Shown here: one piece after another, positions 40,855 through 42,123 of the stretch
Layout of the letters: every line of letters begins with the position of its first letter
Numbering within the stretch: position 1 is the first letter of the stretch
Assembly: GCA_964473045.1 (NCBI GenBank)
Contig: CAYYMX010000003.1
Span: 1 to 42,123 of the forward strand
From: an uncultured Alphaproteobacteria bacterium
GTDB lineage: Bacteria > Pseudomonadota > Alphaproteobacteria > Methylaequorales > Methylaequoraceae
Reading direction: 5' to 3'
DNA: 42,123 nt
Notes under the pieces: model-generated
What the model was told of the DNA's origin: nothing
The model's database searches: none
What the model saw: the letters and a program-made list of their open reading frames with translations, nothing else
Program-made: the position numbers and the translations under genes

Positions 40855-41742
40855 TTGAGACTTATTGTGATTAAAAATTTATTCAAAAAGATTAGAATTA
40901 AACTAAATTACTACCCTTCTATAATAAAATTTAGAGGAATTAAATTCTCAAATGTAAACAAATCAACACTATTAAAGGAAATTTATCTAACAGATTTTTA
41001 TGAATATGAAATAGTAAAGTTTTTTGATTATTTTAATTATACAAACTTTATAGATGTTGGTTCTAATATTGGATTTTTCTCATTATTTGTTAAAAAATAT
41101 AAAAATTGGAACGTCGAATCTTTTGAACCATATTTTAGGTCATTTGAGTTTGCTCAAAAATTAATGAAACTAAATAATCTTAATTACAAACTAAATAACG
41201 AGGCCATATCTTGCTCCAATGGAACCTCAAAGATTTATGTTCCTAATTCTAAAAAACGCTCACCCTTTAGTGGCTGTGCTTCTTTGATAAAACCTGATCA
41301 AGTTATGAGGAAGCTATATGGACGACAAACATGTGATGTCCTAAATGTTAAAACTAAGTCATTTAATGAATTAATTCATAAAAACCATAATAAAAACACA
41401 CTAATAAAAATGGATATTGAAGGAGTTGAGTTTGATACTTTATCATCTGTAAAAAATCTTAGGAAGATTAAGGAGGTTGATTTAATTCTCGAAATCAGCC
41501 TTCATGACAACAAACGATATAAACTCTTTAATTTATTAAAAAGTTCTGGGTTTAGAAGTTATCTAATGACCAATATTGGACTTATTCTTGAAGATAGACC
41601 TCTCACTCTTCCAAAGTATGACGTATTACTCGACTCTAAGAAACACGCACATAGAACTGTATGGAGAAATCACTTCTTCACAAAAAAAAGTCACAAAATG
41701 ATAGTGGAAAAAAATTTTGAAATATTTGGTCATAATATATAA
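40855..41742 (+). CDS. FkbM-family SAM-dependent methyltransferase
   Basis: YEYE, FIDVGSNIGFFS, SFEP, NEAIS, LIKMDIEGVE. Start is uncertain (TTG or GTG). Confidence 0.85.
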   Translation: MRLIVIKNLFKKIRIKLNYYPSIIKFRGIKFSNVNKSTLLKEIYLTDFYEYEIVKFFDYFNYTNFIDVGSNIGFFSLFVKKYKNWNVESFEPYFRSFEFAQKLMKLNNLNYKLNNEAISCSNGTSKIYVPNSKKRSPFSGCASLIKPDQVMRKLYGRQTCDVLNVKTKSFNELIHKNHNKNTLIKMDIEGVEFDTLSSVKNLRKIKEVDLILEISLHDNKRYKLFNLLKSSGFRSYLMTNIGLILEDRPLTLPKYDVLLDSKKHAHRTVWRNHFFTKKSHKMIVEKNFEIFGHNI

Positions 41743-41873
41743 CAACTCACCATCATCGAAACTTTAGAACAAAATAACTAATAAACATCTAGTAATCTTC
41801 TGTAAAGATTATCATTATCAAATTTTTTGAACAAATTAACATTTCAAATTTTCCTATGAGTTATTTTTTATCT

Positions 41874-41903
41874 TTGCTTACAATTAAGTTTTATATATAT
41901 AAT
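41874..41903 (+). promoter_or_regulatory. Putative sigma70 promoter of tRNA-Leu
   Basis: TTGCTT (41874-79), 18 nt, TATAAT (41898-903), ending 18 nt before the tRNA. The AT-rich background weakens the signal. Confidence 0.45.
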
Positions 41904-41921
41904 GAAGCCTTTAAAAAGTAA

Positions 41922-42008
41922 GCCCCTATGGCGGAATTGGTAGACGCCACGGATTCAAAATCCGTTGAACTTCGAGGCATGTCCGTTCGAATCGGGCTAG
42001 GGGTACCA
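41922..42008 (+). tRNA. tRNA-Leu (anticodon CAA)
   Basis: Acceptor stem GCCCCTA/TAGGGGT, D-arm GGCGGAATTGGTAGACGC, anticodon arm ACGGA-TTCAAAA-TCCGT, long variable arm, T-arm GTCCG-TTCGAAT-CGGGC, encoded 3' ACCA. Confidence 0.97.
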
Positions 42009-42123
42009 TTATTTAATAAATTACTGTCGATTAGAATCATTTATCAGCCAAAAAAAGTTGAAGAAATTTTTAAAAATTAAATTTAATTTTCAGGTATTAA
42101 AAAATTTCCAATCGAGGAATAGC

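Noticed and set aside
41793-41811. Hairpin TAATCTT-CTGTA-AAGATTA after the second FkbM gene as a terminator
   Set aside because: The stem is weak and AT-rich, with no adjacent U-tract.
33791-42123. Integrative element or prophage at tRNA-Leu
   Set aside because: There is no integrase or phage gene, I saw no repeat of the tRNA 3' end, and the accessory genes lie 5' of the tRNA. Sequence beyond the window end cannot be assessed.
42009-42123. Possible gene fragment after the tRNA
   Set aside because: All three minus-strand frames stop within 13 codons of the window end and nothing recognisable is encoded, so no call is possible.

Overview
A gene-dense, very AT-rich chromosomal segment. Gene content and order point to a streamlined, probably free-living Alphaproteobacterium; this is inferred, and the intact Arg/Lys/Pro/His/Met biosynthesis genes argue against a Rickettsia-type parasite. 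Roughly 1-25.6 kb is conserved housekeeping: the 3' end of atpD-atpC; the minus-strand run rplU-rpmA-obgE-proB-proA-nadD-rsfS-rlmH-gpmI-envC-ctpA-rppH; phaAB; gloB; metXW; hisC-tyrA; argH-small lipoprotein-lysA-ftsEX-ydcF-plsC; tlpA; etfBA; and pduO. 25.6-30.7 kb holds the core of the ethylmalonyl-CoA pathway (mcd, ccr, ecm). 30.7-33.8 kb carries a Nudix hydrolase, an esterase, an HNH protein, coq7 and dsbB. 33.9-41.7 kb is an accessory block of methylation and glycosylation genes: two FkbM methyltransferases, a cobalamin-binding radical SAM enzyme, a multi-TM GT-C-like protein, an orphan GDP-fucose synthase and a methyltransferase-GT2 fusion, interleaved with a YqaA/DedA gene. The window ends with tRNA-Leu(CAA). 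Items the ORF track missed or mis-called include a 43-aa lipoprotein between argH and lysA and an rlmH split by a one-base frameshift in an A8 tract. Also notable are an FtsE lacking its catalytic Glu and switch His, an ArgH with EDIH>EDIQ, and a dyad-symmetric divergent promoter between metX and hisC. I found no CRISPR array, transposase, integrase, prophage gene or rRNA.
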